Shown: piece after piece, positions 35,281-48,225 of the stretch
Layout of the letters: the number at the start of each line of letters is the position of its first letter
Position numbering within the stretch: position 1 is the stretch's first letter
NCBI RefSeq assembly: GCF_006345805.1
Contig: NW_021836819.1
Coordinates: 1-48,696, forward strand
Length of the DNA stretch: 48,696 bases
From: Octopus sinensis
Taxonomy: Eukaryota
Reading direction: 5' to 3'
Notes under the pieces: generated by a model
Told to the model about the DNA's origin: nothing
The model's input: the letters and a program-made list of their open reading frames with translations, nothing else
Databases searched by the model: none
Translations under genes and position numbers: made by a program

Positions 35281-35588
35281 AGGCGACAGAATCGTTTATA
35301 CGCCGGGTAAATGCTTAGCGGTATTTTGTCCGTTTCCACGTTCTGAGTTCAAATTCCGCCGAGGTAGACTTTGCCTTTCATCCTTTCGGGGTCGACAAAT
35401 TAAGTATCAGTTACGCACTGAGGTCGATGTGATTGACTTAATCCGTTTGTCTGTCTTTGTTTGTCCTCTCTATGTTTAGCCCCTTGTGGGTCAATAAATT
35501 AAGTATCAGCTTAATACTGCGGTCGATGTAATCAACTTGCTCCCTTCTCCGAATTACTGGCCTTGTGCCAAATTTGGAATCAATATTA
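35281..35588 (+). mobile_element. Chimeric SINE-A (beta tail then re-entry into the core and alpha tail)
   Basis: ...gccccttgtgggtc|aataaattaagtatcag...ggccttgtgccaaatttggaatcaatatt. Confidence 0.8.
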
Positions 35589-35774
35589 AGAGCGTTAGTA
35601 ATTGAAGATCCTTCAAATCTCTAAATGAAATATGGTAGTATGAAAACGAATAATAGAATTGAAAAGAATTTGAAACTGGTATGCTAGTGATACTAAGTTC
35701 TATTTTTGGTTAGAACGGCAGAATTCCTATTGGAACTTTGACAAATATTTATAGTTTTTGCATTGTTCAATATA

Positions 35775-36339
35775 TTGTGTTGTCCGGAAAGTTTGTGCCG
35801 ATTTTTAAAGGAAAGAAAAAGGTCAATAAATATTTGCCATTACATTTTTAATCAACCAAATATGAACCATTTTGTTGCACAATGCGTCTCCATCTTTCCT
35901 TTAACTTGAAAATACCCTCTTCCCAGAATTGAGGTGGTTTCATGGCAAATAATTCATCAAGGTATATTTTTATTCATCCAAGGAATTGAAATTTTTACCA
36001 TTAAGATTATTCTGCAGAGACCTGAATAAGTGGAAATCCGAAGGAGTAATATCTGGTGAATATGGAGGGTGGAGTAACACATCCCAGCCGAGCTGCAGCA
36101 ATTTTTGTCTGGTTCCCAAAGCATCAAGTGTCGAAAATGAACTTTCTTATCTTCCATTTTAAAGGGTTACAGAATTAACACAGGTTATAGGAACATAAAC
36201 CTTCTTCCACGAAAAGATAGCTTAAACTGTGCTCTAAATGGAGGTGTAGTCAAATCCTATTTAATGGACTCAACCATGTTCTAAAATAAGTCGAAAGATA
36301 AGCTACTATACATCGGCAACGACTTTCCGGACAACCCAA
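35775..36339 (-). mobile_element. Internally deleted mariner transposon (565 bp) with both TIRs and TA TSD
   Basis: TIRs ttg(t/g)gttgtccggaaagt..tgccgat; TA at 35773-35774 and 36340-36341. The N-terminus MEDKKVHFRHLML is fused out of frame to RQKLLQLGWDVLLHPPYSPDITPSDFHLFRSLQN. Confidence 0.92.
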
Positions 36340-36399
36340 TAGAATTGGCACTTTGTTCCAACTTCCTGTCCATGACAAAAATCGCAGACTACAGCATAC

Positions 36400-36570
36400 A
36401 CATGATCACAAAAATACAAATTTCATAACTTGCAAAGTAAACACAGAGATGCCACTTGACACACTGCCTCATGAGGGCCGCTTCTAGCTCTCACTGCGCA
36501 CGCGACCGCGTGCTGCGATCTATTAGCACGCTGCGGAACCAGTTCGGGAACCTTTTGATACTACTTCGAA
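36400..36570 (-). mobile_element. Possible end of a second Tc1/mariner element
   Basis: 36548-36568 reverse-complements to cgaagtagtatcaaaaggttc, similar to TACGAGG..TCAAAAAGTT mariner termini; no partner TIR seen. Confidence 0.35.
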
Positions 36571-36940
36571 TGTAGTTGTTTTTGTTGTTGTTTAGTCATC
36601 ATTACAATGCTTGTTGGTGTTTGTTGGTTGTGCTGGTTATAATTTTTAACATCAAATTACATAAATGAACAATTAAATAAATTTATGCCATCGAGACAGG
36701 AACATAGTCAACGGTCGCTTGTGAACTGGTAGGCTTGTTTACACGTACCATACTTTCGCTAATTGTTTAGGGCCTGTGTAGTCGGAGCACACTTAGACAC
36801 CTTCACTATCCTCTCACACTTGACTCAGCGGAGCATACAAAATTTGACAGCTGAGACACACACACACACACACACCACACACAAATACACACAAACACAC
36901 AAGCACACGCGCGCACACGTGCACACAGCAGCAGCAGCAA

Positions 36941-37342
36941 GTGGAGGCGCAATGGCCCAATGGTTAGGGCAGCTGACTCGTGGTAGGAGGATCGCGGTTT
37001 CGATTCCCAGACCGGGCGTTATGTGTGTTTATTGAGTGAAAACACCTAAAAGTTCCACGAGGCTCCGGCAGGGGATGGTGGCGACCCCTGTTGTACTCTT
37101 TTGCCCCAACTTTCTCTCACTCTTTCTTCCTGTTTCTTGTCCCCGAATTCCTACGCAACTGCTGAGCCTGGATGCGCATTCATCCACCCGTCGATGCTCT
37201 CGGTGTCGGGGATTGACCTGCTTTCTCTTCTGCGGGTCTTACGAATAGCAAAGGACCACGTTTCGGACTTCTCCACTACAGAGGCGCGATCTTGCGAGCT
37301 CTGGGACGAAGACCGCTTCGCTCAACAGCAACAACAACAGCA
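36941..37342 (+). mobile_element. SINE-D, tail 3 with (CAA)n end, inserted in a CAG tract
   Basis: ACAGCAGCAGCAGCA at 36925-36939 and 37343-37357. Confidence 0.88.
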
Positions 37343-37384
37343 ACAGCAGCAGCAGCACCAGTTCTGGGCTGGAACTCACTCACA

Positions 37385-37547
37385 GCTGAGTAAACTGAAC
37401 CAACGTGAAGCAATGTGCCATGATCAAGAATATATCGTCCCCCACAACCAGCTTCATCCTCGCCACCAAACAGTCCTGGAACTGAACTCAGAAAATTATG
37501 GTCACAAATCAAACGCCCCTATATCGCTAGGGCACTCGCCTTCACTA
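37385..37547 (-). mobile_element. Old SINE-C-like copy
   Basis: cagctgagtaaactgaaccaacgtgaa...gatcaagaa matches the reverse complement of the SINE-C body; the head is degenerate. Confidence 0.55.
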
Positions 37548-37588
37548 CCACTAGAGGGTTAAATCATTCACACAAAGTATACAATACT

Positions 37589-37978
37589 GGAATGGAAGCA
37601 CTCCGTCGGTTACGACGACGAGGGTTCCGGTTGATCCGAATCAACGGAACAGCCTGCTCGTGAAATTAACGTGTAAGTGGCTGAGCACTCCACAGACACG
37701 TGTACCCTTAACGTAGTTCTCGGGGATATTCAGCGTGACACAGAGAGTGACAAGGCCGGCCCTTTGAAATACAGGTACAACAGAAACAGGAAGTAAGAGT
37801 GAGAGAAAGTTGTGGTGAAAGAGTACAGCAGGGATCACCACCATCCCCTGCCGGAGCCTCGTAGAGCTTTAGGTATTTTTCGCTCAATAAACACTCACAA
37901 CGCCTGATCTGGGAATCGAAACCGCGATCCTATGACCGCGAGTCCGCTGCCCTAACCACTGGGCTATTGCGCCTCCAC
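37589..37978 (-). mobile_element. Full-length SINE-D, tail 2, 11 bp TSD
   Basis: TATACAATACT at 37578-37588 and 37979-37989. Confidence 0.93.
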
Positions 37979-38736
37979 TATACAATACTATCAGTAGCAG
38001 ACACAGCACCAACACCATCGACATCATGGCGGATATATCGTTATGTCTCTGCAATGATCAGTCAAACGTCAACGCTTCACTTCCTTGTCGATTCAAACAT
38101 ATGCAACCGCCATATATGTTGCTGGTCTACTTCTTCATTTCCGTTTCCTGTTGCGGTTAAGCATGCTCATTTTTTAATTCGCTTATTCTTATTTATATTT
38201 TTTCTTTTCTTTTCTAGGAGATACTGTATTTTTTGTTTGTTTTTTTTTTATCATAAATATTTATTTTCCATTTACGAAACGTTAAACAAAATATATTTCC
38301 GTTTTTCTTTGTTTTTCGTTTTTTTTGTTTTTCTTTTCTCTTCACGAATGACTTCACAAAAAAAAATTAATTTATTAATTTTTTCTAAACCCAAACTTTA
38401 CTTCTTTGCCATTTTACTTTCTCGGTTTTTTTTTTTTTTTTCCTGGCAGTAATTGTTGTTGCTGTTATTGTTGTAAAAGTATGTCAGCACATTTCTTCTT
38501 CCGTGGAACCGAATCAAATATATGTCACGTATGTGTATACACATATATGTATTATGTGTGTGTATATGAACGTTATACATATATGCATACATATGTGTGT
38601 GTATGTATGCATGTTTGACACAAAAAAGCATATATAAATATACATACATGCACATACAACACCACACACACACACACACATATAATATATATATATAATA
38701 GAGAGAGAAGAGAGAGAGAGAGACTATATATAATAT

Positions 38737-38810
<74 letters not shown>

Positions 38811-39256
38811 CATACGTACATAACATATATAACATCTATGTATTATGAATGTGTGTGTGTGTGTGTGTACCAACAAAATATCTTTTAGTAGAATCCTGTC
38901 AGAAAATATACAAAGGAAGAAAAAAGACTTTACAAAATGTATTTAAGACCGTAAACAGTAAAAATATAATATCGAACAGACAGAACTTATAACCAAAACA
39001 AAACAAAATGGAATAAACTTCTGGAAAGATACTTACAACAAGGAAGGTAAAGTGTTAGTGTGTATGTGTGTGTTTGTGTGTGTGTACCAGTGTGCGTGTA
39101 CGAAACAGGAAATTCTGCAATGATTTTTATCAAATAATCGATAACAGTCGGTGATTCTAAGTTGACAGGTAAGGTTTCACTGGTTTCAAATAAAGAAATG
39201 GAACATGAATATATTTACAAATTATTTGTGCGTGTGTGTATGTGTGTCTGGTGGGC

Positions 39257-39357
<101 letters not shown>

Positions 39358-39452
39358 TACTTACACTCATATACATGGACGTGGTGTAAACATCAAATCA
39401 TATATAGGTCTATTATATTTGTATGTGTTTCATGCTTGGGTGTGTGTTTTTG

Positions 39453-39496
<44 letters not shown>

Positions 39497-39499
39497 TAT

Positions 39500-39556
<57 letters not shown>

Positions 39557-40019
39557 GAGATACTACATACGCGCACGCGCATATATATATACGTGTGTAT
39601 GCGCGCGCGTGTGTGTATGTCTATTTATAAAGATATATATATATATATTACGTATACATATATATAAATACGTGCGCGCGTTACTATTTCCTGCAGAGAA
39701 CAAAACAGACCATAAACTACGTAATAGAAAAAAAAAATCGACCAAATTCATCAGAGTAATTAATAATTATAACCGTAAAATGTTAACTGCAACGGGTATA
39801 CGCTACCGGTTTCACTTCTTCAAGCAGTTTGCAAACGAAACAGACGATACTAAAATATACCCGTTGCAGTCGTCCGTCTTGTCGAAAACGTTGACACGCA
39901 GGAGAAAATGAACGAGGCTAATAGAGAAAAGAATAGTTTAAGATTTTGTCACTTCGTCACATGTGGTTAAGAAACCTTTTTGATTTCTAGTTCAATCCCA
40001 CAGTGTGGCACCTTAGGCG

Positions 40020-40257
40020 AGGGCGACGAGCTGGCAGAAATGTTAGCACGCTGGGCGAAGTGCCTAGCGGTATTTCGTCTACCGCTACGTTCTGAGTTCA
40101 AATTCCGCCGAGGTCGACTTTGCCTTTCATCATTTCGGGGTCGATAAATTAAGTACCAGTTACGCACTGGGGTCGATGTAATCGACTTAATACCTATGTC
40201 TGTCCTTGTTTGTCCTCTCTGTGTTTAGCCCCTTGGGGGTAGTAAAGAAATAGGTAC
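40020..40257 (+). mobile_element. SINE-A, beta tail
   Basis: Colinear with 8449-8682; ends aaagaaataggta. Confidence 0.9.
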
Positions 40258-41008
40258 AAGCGTGGCAAAGAGCTGTCAAAACGATGGTAACACACAGTAG
40301 AATATGATGAGATATATTCTGACGAATAATTGCTTTCGTATCCAATTTGTTTGAACTATTAATTAAAACTTGAAATACGAAAAACTCTTGACACAACCTG
40401 GTATCTAGTTCTTCTCGTGATAACATTGGCACCTAAAACAATTAGCGAAAGCATAGTACACGCTTCAAAGCTAAACACCCCCATTAGTGAGCGATGTGAT
40501 ACGGTTAACGTCCTTATTCTAGAGAAACCCTTGATTGTCACAGATTCTCATACACATACATCTTTATTTTGGTGACTCAGAGTATAAGATATAAATTATT
40601 ATTAGTTGCATGTGAGTATTATTGCAAGAGTAACTTATATACATCAATGCAAATAAACATTGTATTATATGAATCTAGAAAATTCGATTGTAAATTTCAG
40701 AACAATAGATTCGAGTTAAAATTTTTCGATATTCCTGAAATCTTGCAGCATGAAAGAGAAGAGAGATAATAATATCGGCGAGATTAAAGTACAGATAGAC
40801 ATATTCAGGAATCTCTCTGTATGTATGTGTGTGTGTATGTATGTATGTATGTATGTATGTATGTATGTATGTATGTATGTATGTATGTATGTATGTATGT
40901 ATGTATGTGTGTGTGTATGTATATATGTATGTATGCGTGTATAAGTATATGCACTTAGTGTATATGTACACTTGCAATTATATATATAAATATAAATACA
41001 CGTATATA

Positions 41009-41052
<44 letters not shown>

Positions 41053-41176
41053 CAGATATACACTGTGTACAATATATATATGTATATATATACACGTATG
41101 TTATATATATAGATTATATATACATATATGCACTTATGTATATATATATAGATATTATATATATAGATATATACAC

Positions 41177-41207
<31 letters not shown>

Positions 41208-41954
41208 AATAAATATATTATATATGTGTATGTGTATATATATATAATACATATATCTATAGTATATATATCATATATAATATATATGTATATATATATA
41301 TATATATAATATATATATATATTAGATATAATATATATATTATAGATATATATATATATATAACATACATGCTTTTAAGTATGTATTCATATATTTACAT
41401 CTTAATAAAGTTACTCTTGTTATATATTCGTTTGAATACGCGAACTCACAAACACACGAAACATACATAAATAGATAGATACAGAGAGAGAGAGAGGGAA
41501 GAGACAGAGACAGAGACAGACAGAGAGAGAAGATAGATAGATAGATAGATACATACATACATACATACATTACATACATGCATACATACATGTGCAAACA
41601 TATATATAGTATATACACATATAGACATACACATAATTATATCTGGGTATACACAAGATGTGTATGTCCGTATGAAGTGAGAGAGACAGACAGAGAACTA
41701 TAAAGTCAATTTGAAATGCTTTCCTTTTGTTTTTTTTTTGTCTTTGATTCCGTTTTATTATTTCTTTACTTATTTTTAATTTTGTTTCCGTTTTCAGTTT
41801 GGTATCAATTCTTCAATGAACATCGATATTGGTTTTGCGAATTCACAAAGAACCTTTTGGCAACCACTCCGCCACCGACAGCAGCGCCACTAATACATTT
41901 GTCAATTGTACGTCGTGAACGATTACTTTTACGAAACAACTCAATATCATGGTG

Positions 41955-43090
41955 TGTCTGTGTGTCGTAGGGTGCGGGGATGTGAGTCTGTGTGTCGTAT
42001 GTGCGGGGGATGTGAGTCTGTGTGTCGTAGGGTGCGGGGATGTGAGTTTGTGTGTCGTGTGGTGCGGGGATGTGAGTCTGTGTGTCGTAGGGTGCGGGGA
42101 TGTGAGTCTGTGAGTCGTAGGGTGCGGGGATGTGAGTCTGTGTGTCGTAGGGGTGCGGGGAGTGAGTCTGTGTCGTAGGGTGGGGATGTGAGTCTGTGTG
42201 TCGTAGGGTGCGGGGATGTGAGTCTGTGTGTGGGGTCGGTTTGAGTCGTGGGGTGCGGGGATGTGAGTCTGTGTGTCGTATGTGCGGGGATGTGAGTCTG
42301 TGTGTCGTAGGATGCGGGGAGGGTCTGTGTGTCGTAGGATCGGATGTAGTTTGGGTATGGTGCGGGGATGTGAGTTGTGGGTGTCGTATGGTGCGGGGAT
42401 GTGAGTCTGTGGTCGTAGTGCGGGGATGGGAGTTTGTGTGTGTCGTAGGGTGCGGGAGGTGAGTAGTAGTGTCGTGGGTGCGGGGATGTGGTGTAGTGGG
42501 GGTGGGGGATGTGAGTATGTAGTATGGTGCGGGGATGAGTTTGGGTGTCGGGGTGTGGGTCGGGGATGTGAGTCTGTGTGTCGTATGGTGCGGGGATGTG
42601 AGTCTGTGTGTCGTATGGTGCGGGGATGTGAGTCTGTGTGTCGTAGGGTGCGGTGATGTGGGTTTGTGTGTCGTAGGGTGCGGGGATGTGAGTCTGTGTG
42701 TCGTTGGGTACGGGGTGTGTCTGTGGTCGTAGCGGTGATGTGGTGTGTCGTAGGGTGCGGGGATGTGAGTTGTGTGTCGTAGGTGCAGGGATGTGAGTCT
42801 GTGTGTCGTTGGGTGCGGGGATGTGAGTCTGTGTGTCGTGGTGTGCGGGGATGTGAGTCTGTGTGTCGTATGGTGCGGGGATGTGAGTCTGTGTGTCGTA
42901 TGGTGCGGGGATGTGAGTCTGTGCGTCGTAGGATGCGGGGATGTGAGTTTGTGTGTCGTAGGGTGCGGGGATGTGAGTCTGCTAGTCGTGGGGTGCGGGG
43001 ATGTGAGTTTGTGTGTCGTAGGGTGCGGGGATGTGAGTTTTTGTGTCGTAGGGTGCGGGGATGTGAGTCTGTGTGTCGTAAGGTGCGGGG
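41955..43090. repeat. 30 bp GC-rich minisatellite (~38 units, GTGTGTCGTAGGGTGCGGGGATGTGAGTCT)
   Basis: Direct reading; clean at both ends and indel-rich in the middle. Confidence 0.95.
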
Positions 43091-43352
43091 TGTAATATTT
43101 ATTCTAGAGTTCCCTTTCATTGCTTATTCGGGGATTCATTTATTCAAATATGTATCCAAGTGTCTAAGTATACACACGCATTAATACATGTGAGTGTGTC
43201 TGTGTGTATGTATAGCTATAAAGTCTCACAATGAGACCAGAGTAGTAACTATACTAAACAGTAAAGCCAGTCGCCACATCTGCCTAGGGTTAAACTAGTA
43301 GTAACATCAACAGCCACTCTGATGTGGCGATTGGCTTTACGCTATGTATATA

Positions 43353-43383
<31 letters not shown>

Positions 43384-43396
43384 TGTGTGTGTGTGT

Positions 43397-43702
43397 GAAG
43401 GCGCATGGCTCAGTGGTTAGAGCGTCGAGCTTACGATCGTGCGGTTGAGTTCGAATCCCGGACTGGGCTGCGTATTGTGCAAGACACTTTATTTCATGTT
43501 GCTCCAGTTCACTCAGCTGTAGAAATGAATTGCGACGTCACAGGTACCAAGCTTTTCCCCTGGATAACATTGGTGGCGTGGAGAGGGGAGGCCAGTATGC
43601 ATGGGTGACTGCTGGTCTTCCATAAAACCTTTCCCCGGATTGTCTGGGAGGGTAACCTTCTAGGTGCAATCCCATGTTCAGTAATGACCGAAAGGGGGTC
43701 TC
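43397..43702 (+). mobile_element. SINE-C
   Basis: tggctcagtggttagagc / gagttcgaatccc promoter boxes; colinear with 10825-11152. Confidence 0.85.
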
Positions 43703-43812
43703 AGCATATAGTCCATATAGGTATATATTTATGAAAGATACAGCAGGGATCACCACATATATATATGTAATTAGGTGTTTCGTATACAAAGTAATAGCGA
43801 GTGTGTTCATGC

Positions 43813-43849
<37 letters not shown>

Positions 43850-44898
43850 TATAAAGATAAGTGTGTGTGTGTGTGTGTGAGAGAGTGTGTGTGTGTGTGT
43901 GGTATATAAAGTGTGTTAGTGTGACTGTAGGTGTGGGTGCTGGAGTGCGCAAAGCAAGCGTGGTGTAGATATTCACTGAACAGTGCGCAGCTGAATGAGG
44001 ACTTAAGTATCAACTCCCTCATCCAGGGTATTGCTGCTGGTGTGGAAATTCGGTTATAAGAACGATCACTGTCGACTTTGTATGGAAGTAGAAAGGCAGA
44101 TAAATACAAGTAGGCTTAATGAATGCATTTACATAGAATGCAAAATTCCAAGCACAGAATAAATGGGAGGGGAAATAAAAGGAATTAATTAATAGTCTTA
44201 TCTTGACAGCCGTTTCGGGTGAACCATGGTTTAAGCCGTAACAACGTTCGTTTGTAATGAAAACCCATAATATATAGGTGTATGGAACAACATGAGTTCC
44301 AGGATTCGTTCGGTAAGGCCAGTTCATCCTTGCCGGAAGAATGTGGCAAAAAGCGTATTTCGTAGCAGTGTTTATAAATATATGAATTTGCCGGAAATAG
44401 GGTAGAGAGTAAAGAAACAACTAGAAGGAAGGAAGAGACAAAGGAGAAGGGTAGGGTGACTACGGAGGAATTAGTACTATGAGACATCAGTTGATAATTA
44501 AAGAAAGTAAATTATAAGGGAACGAAGTGACCATGACAATAGGGAGGTCTGTCAATGTATAGACAATACCAGTGCATGGCACTGGTAGGTAGTAATATCA
44601 GTAGCATAAGTAATACTAAAGAAAAGCAGGTGGGGATGACGTGAACAATGTGTCTGTCATACTCATACAAGGATACAAGGTAGGTAGAGTAGGAAGGAGA
44701 CGTACGGTATGCTGGTACGGAAATATGCCATAAATAACAGTGACACACGAAATATACACCACCGATAGTTGTTGTTGACAAACAACGGCAGTAATTTTAT
44801 TCAGCTGAATACACGTCATTGATTGGTTGAAATTACCGAAATACGACAACTTTAACACGAAATAACTTCGTAAAAAAAAAATATATATATATTCTAAC

Positions 44899-44944
44899 AA
44901 AACTATCCGGCGAACGAGAACGTGAAACTCTGAGTAACAGTTTT
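44899..44944 (+). ncRNA. Decayed type I hammerhead motif
   Basis: Stem I AAAACUAU/ACAGUUUU (7 of 8 pairs); core CCGGCGA (two transitions from CUGACGA); stem II ACG-AGAA-CGU; GAAA; CUC-U-GAG; UA. Confidence 0.5.
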
Positions 44945-45155
44945 AGTGATATTTCTGCTGGTTTTAAATAAAGCATATTACTCTACCTCTGGATATTTGA
45001 GTACTCTTTTTTCCACCTTGTTTTACATTATGTGCTTACTCCGATATATATATATATAGATATATATATATATAGTATATATTATATTATATATATATAT
45101 ATATATATTATATATATCTATATATATACATATATATACATACATATATACATAA

Positions 45156-45186
<31 letters not shown>

Positions 45187-46098
45187 CATACAACATACAA
45201 TGTAAATATATATACACAGATAAAGGTATGAATGCATCCGTTCATTTGCATGTATAGGCTGAACGTGTGAACATCCTATAACCCTCTGTGTGCAAGGTTA
45301 TTTATTATTCAATAACCTTAAACTAAGTTAACACATCCTATCAACCTCTTTTATTAGACAGCGCTATTGTGTTGGACTGAAAAGCCAATGTTACAACGTC
45401 TCTAGCATGAAATGACATCTTTCCATTACACTCGCTTGAGACCTTATTGAACAGATCGTCTTGCAGCAGTGACATCTATAAATGTAATACCATCGACTGC
45501 GTCATCACGCCATTCTTTTACACTTCTATAAACAAGCACACCTGATTCAGTTGTTCAGTTGAAATTAATAATTTGCTGCTCGGAAAACATTATATATATT
45601 AACATCACCTACCAAGGGGATTTTTTTTGTGTGTGTGTGTGTGTGAGTTCTTGTCATTGTTTTCAGTTTGTTTTATTTTTATGCATTTTCTTTTCCCCAA
45701 AAAGGCAAATTGCTCTTAAACCCCCAATAGATTTGACGGTTTTCACTTAAGAAAATTTCTGTGTGAAGGCATAGAATCGCATGTACTGTTTAATCTTCCG
45801 TTCGTGTTCGGATCAATTATTATAAGACAAAGTATAAAACATATATCCACGACACCACAGTTTTTGATCATAACTGTTTTCATTTACTTTTATGTATTTT
45901 ATGTATTGTTTCTCTTTATTTAGTTTTGACAGTGTTTCATCTCATCTAACAGTGCTATGTAATATATTCTGTAGATAATACATATACACATATCGACACA
46001 TGTGCACATATATACACACACATGCATGCATACATGCATACATACATACATACATATATAAATATCCACGCAAATATACGTGTTTTATATACATTTGG

Positions 46099-46129
<31 letters not shown>

Positions 46130-46257
46130 GAGAGGAGAGAGATACATATATTCATATGTATATATATATATATATATTATATATAGATATATATATATAT
46201 ATTATTTCTTATATATATATATAACTTAGTTTTGTGCACTATATATGTTTGTGTATC

Positions 46258-46326
<69 letters not shown>

Positions 46327-46419
46327 ATATATGCATTTATATATGCATGTATATATATATGCATTTATATATGGCATGTATATATATTATATATATAGAT
46401 GCATATACATATATATATA

Positions 46420-46464
<45 letters not shown>

Positions 46465-46509
46465 AAGAGTGAGACACAGAGAAGAGGACTGACAGATAGA
46501 TAGATAGAC

Positions 46510-46543
<34 letters not shown>

Positions 46544-46654
46544 AAACAGACAGACAGAAACAGAGACAGAGAGGGAGAGAGTGGAAGAAAGAGAAAAGGC
46601 GAAATTGATAGAGAAATTTATGGCAAAAGGAATTGCTAGAGAAGTAGATAGATC

Positions 46655-46763
<109 letters not shown>

Positions 46764-47136
46764 GCGCCCATACGTTAATCTGGTAAATTACATTGTGTTG
46801 GTGGTTGTATTGGCATGTGTTCGTTGATTGGTGTATTGTCAAATATATTACGTTCAATAACTTTCACTTACTCAATTGTAAAGGGAACTATAAATATATT
46901 CTTCTAGTGAGTGTTACGTAACCACAAACGTTTCCAATACAGCACGCCATCTTAATTCTGCAATCACAAGTTTTCTTGTTCGATATTTGAAGGACATCGT
47001 TATGGCATTGACTTTCTCGCCACTCGATATGAGAACCAAATTGCAATATTTTATTGGACTTGGTCAGTTTTGATAGATGGTCTCTCACAATGCTAAAAAT
47101 AGCGGCTGAATGTTCCTCGAATTGCAAATTGAACGC

Positions 47137-47520
47137 AGGCATAATGGTGTGGTTTAGAAGCTAGCTTTGCAAGGACGTGGTTTTAGATTCCGTCCACCGG
47201 CACGGCACCTTGGAGAGCAAGTGTCTTCTACGATAGCCTAAGGTGAACCAATGCCTCGTGAGTGAATTTGGTAGATGGAAATTGTGCGCAAGCCTATCGT
47301 ATGTGTTTATGTGTCTATGTGTGTGCATGTGTGGTGTGTGTGTGTGTGTGTGTGTATGTGTGTGTGTACGTGCGCGTTGATGTGTGTGGTGTGTGTGTTT
47401 GTGTTTCTGTCATGTTTGCTCCCGACCACCACTTACCTGATGTTGGCTCGCTTACATCTCCGTAACTTAGTGGTTCGGCAAAAGAACCCAATAGAATAAG
47501 TATCAAGCCTTTAAAAAATA
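47137..47520 (+). mobile_element. Diverged SINE-B
   Basis: ggcaccttggagagcaagtgtcttctacgatagcc...cgtaacttagtggttcggcaaaagaacc; a further tail piece lies at ~47630-47690. Confidence 0.78.
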
Positions 47521-47527
47521 AATATGG

Positions 47528-47604
<77 letters not shown>

Positions 47605-48021
47605 GTGTGTGTGTGTGTGTGTTGTGTGAAACCCTTCAAAGCGGTGTCCCAGCATGTTTGTAATCCAGTGACTAAAACACGTAAAACATAAAAGATTAAC
47701 GGTTTGAAAACAACAGATACGTTGGACAATGGTGTCCAAGTTAGGTACACCATCTCGTAAAAATTGGTGGGACGGCCGCAGATGTAACGCGTTTGATCAT
47801 AATTCTACTCGATCCGAGTTGATCTAGCACTAAATAAAAAGATTAAACGTAGTAGATATTTAGTATTTAGCAATGGTCCTGCATATTCCGAGTTCAAATC
47901 CACTCTTGACCGATGTTCTTTTTATATATTTTTTTCTCTTTCTGCCGTCGACAAAATAACGATTGTCATGCGCATGGCGGGGGGGAAGTAGAACTATTTG
48001 ATTGTTTCTGTTTCTGTTTTC

Positions 48022-48225
48022 TGTTTTACTTGTTTCAGTCATTTGACTGTAAGCCATGCTGGAGCACCGCCTTTAGTCGAGCAAGTCAACCCCGGGACTT
48101 ATTCTTTGTAAGCCTAGACTTATTCTATCGGTCTCTTTTGCCGAACCTCTAAATTACGGGACGTAAACACACCAGCATCGGTTGCCAAGCGATGTTGGTG
48201 GGACAAACACAGACACACAAACATG
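48022..48225 (-). mobile_element. SINE-B 3' half
   Basis: Reverse-complement match to the SINE-B tail. Confidence 0.85.

Noticed and set aside
37979-38045. Minus-strand Kozak ATG with signal-peptide-like MMSMVLVLCLLLIVLY
   Set aside because: It stops after 20 codons once the SINE is removed, and there is no convincing donor.
41843-43120. 425 aa PRTLRHTDSH-repeat ORF
   Set aside because: A 30 bp unit without stops gives an ORF automatically, and the frame shifts between unit phases in the middle.
46888-47142. Cys-rich 84 aa ORF
   Set aside because: No recognisable domain or matching splice pair.
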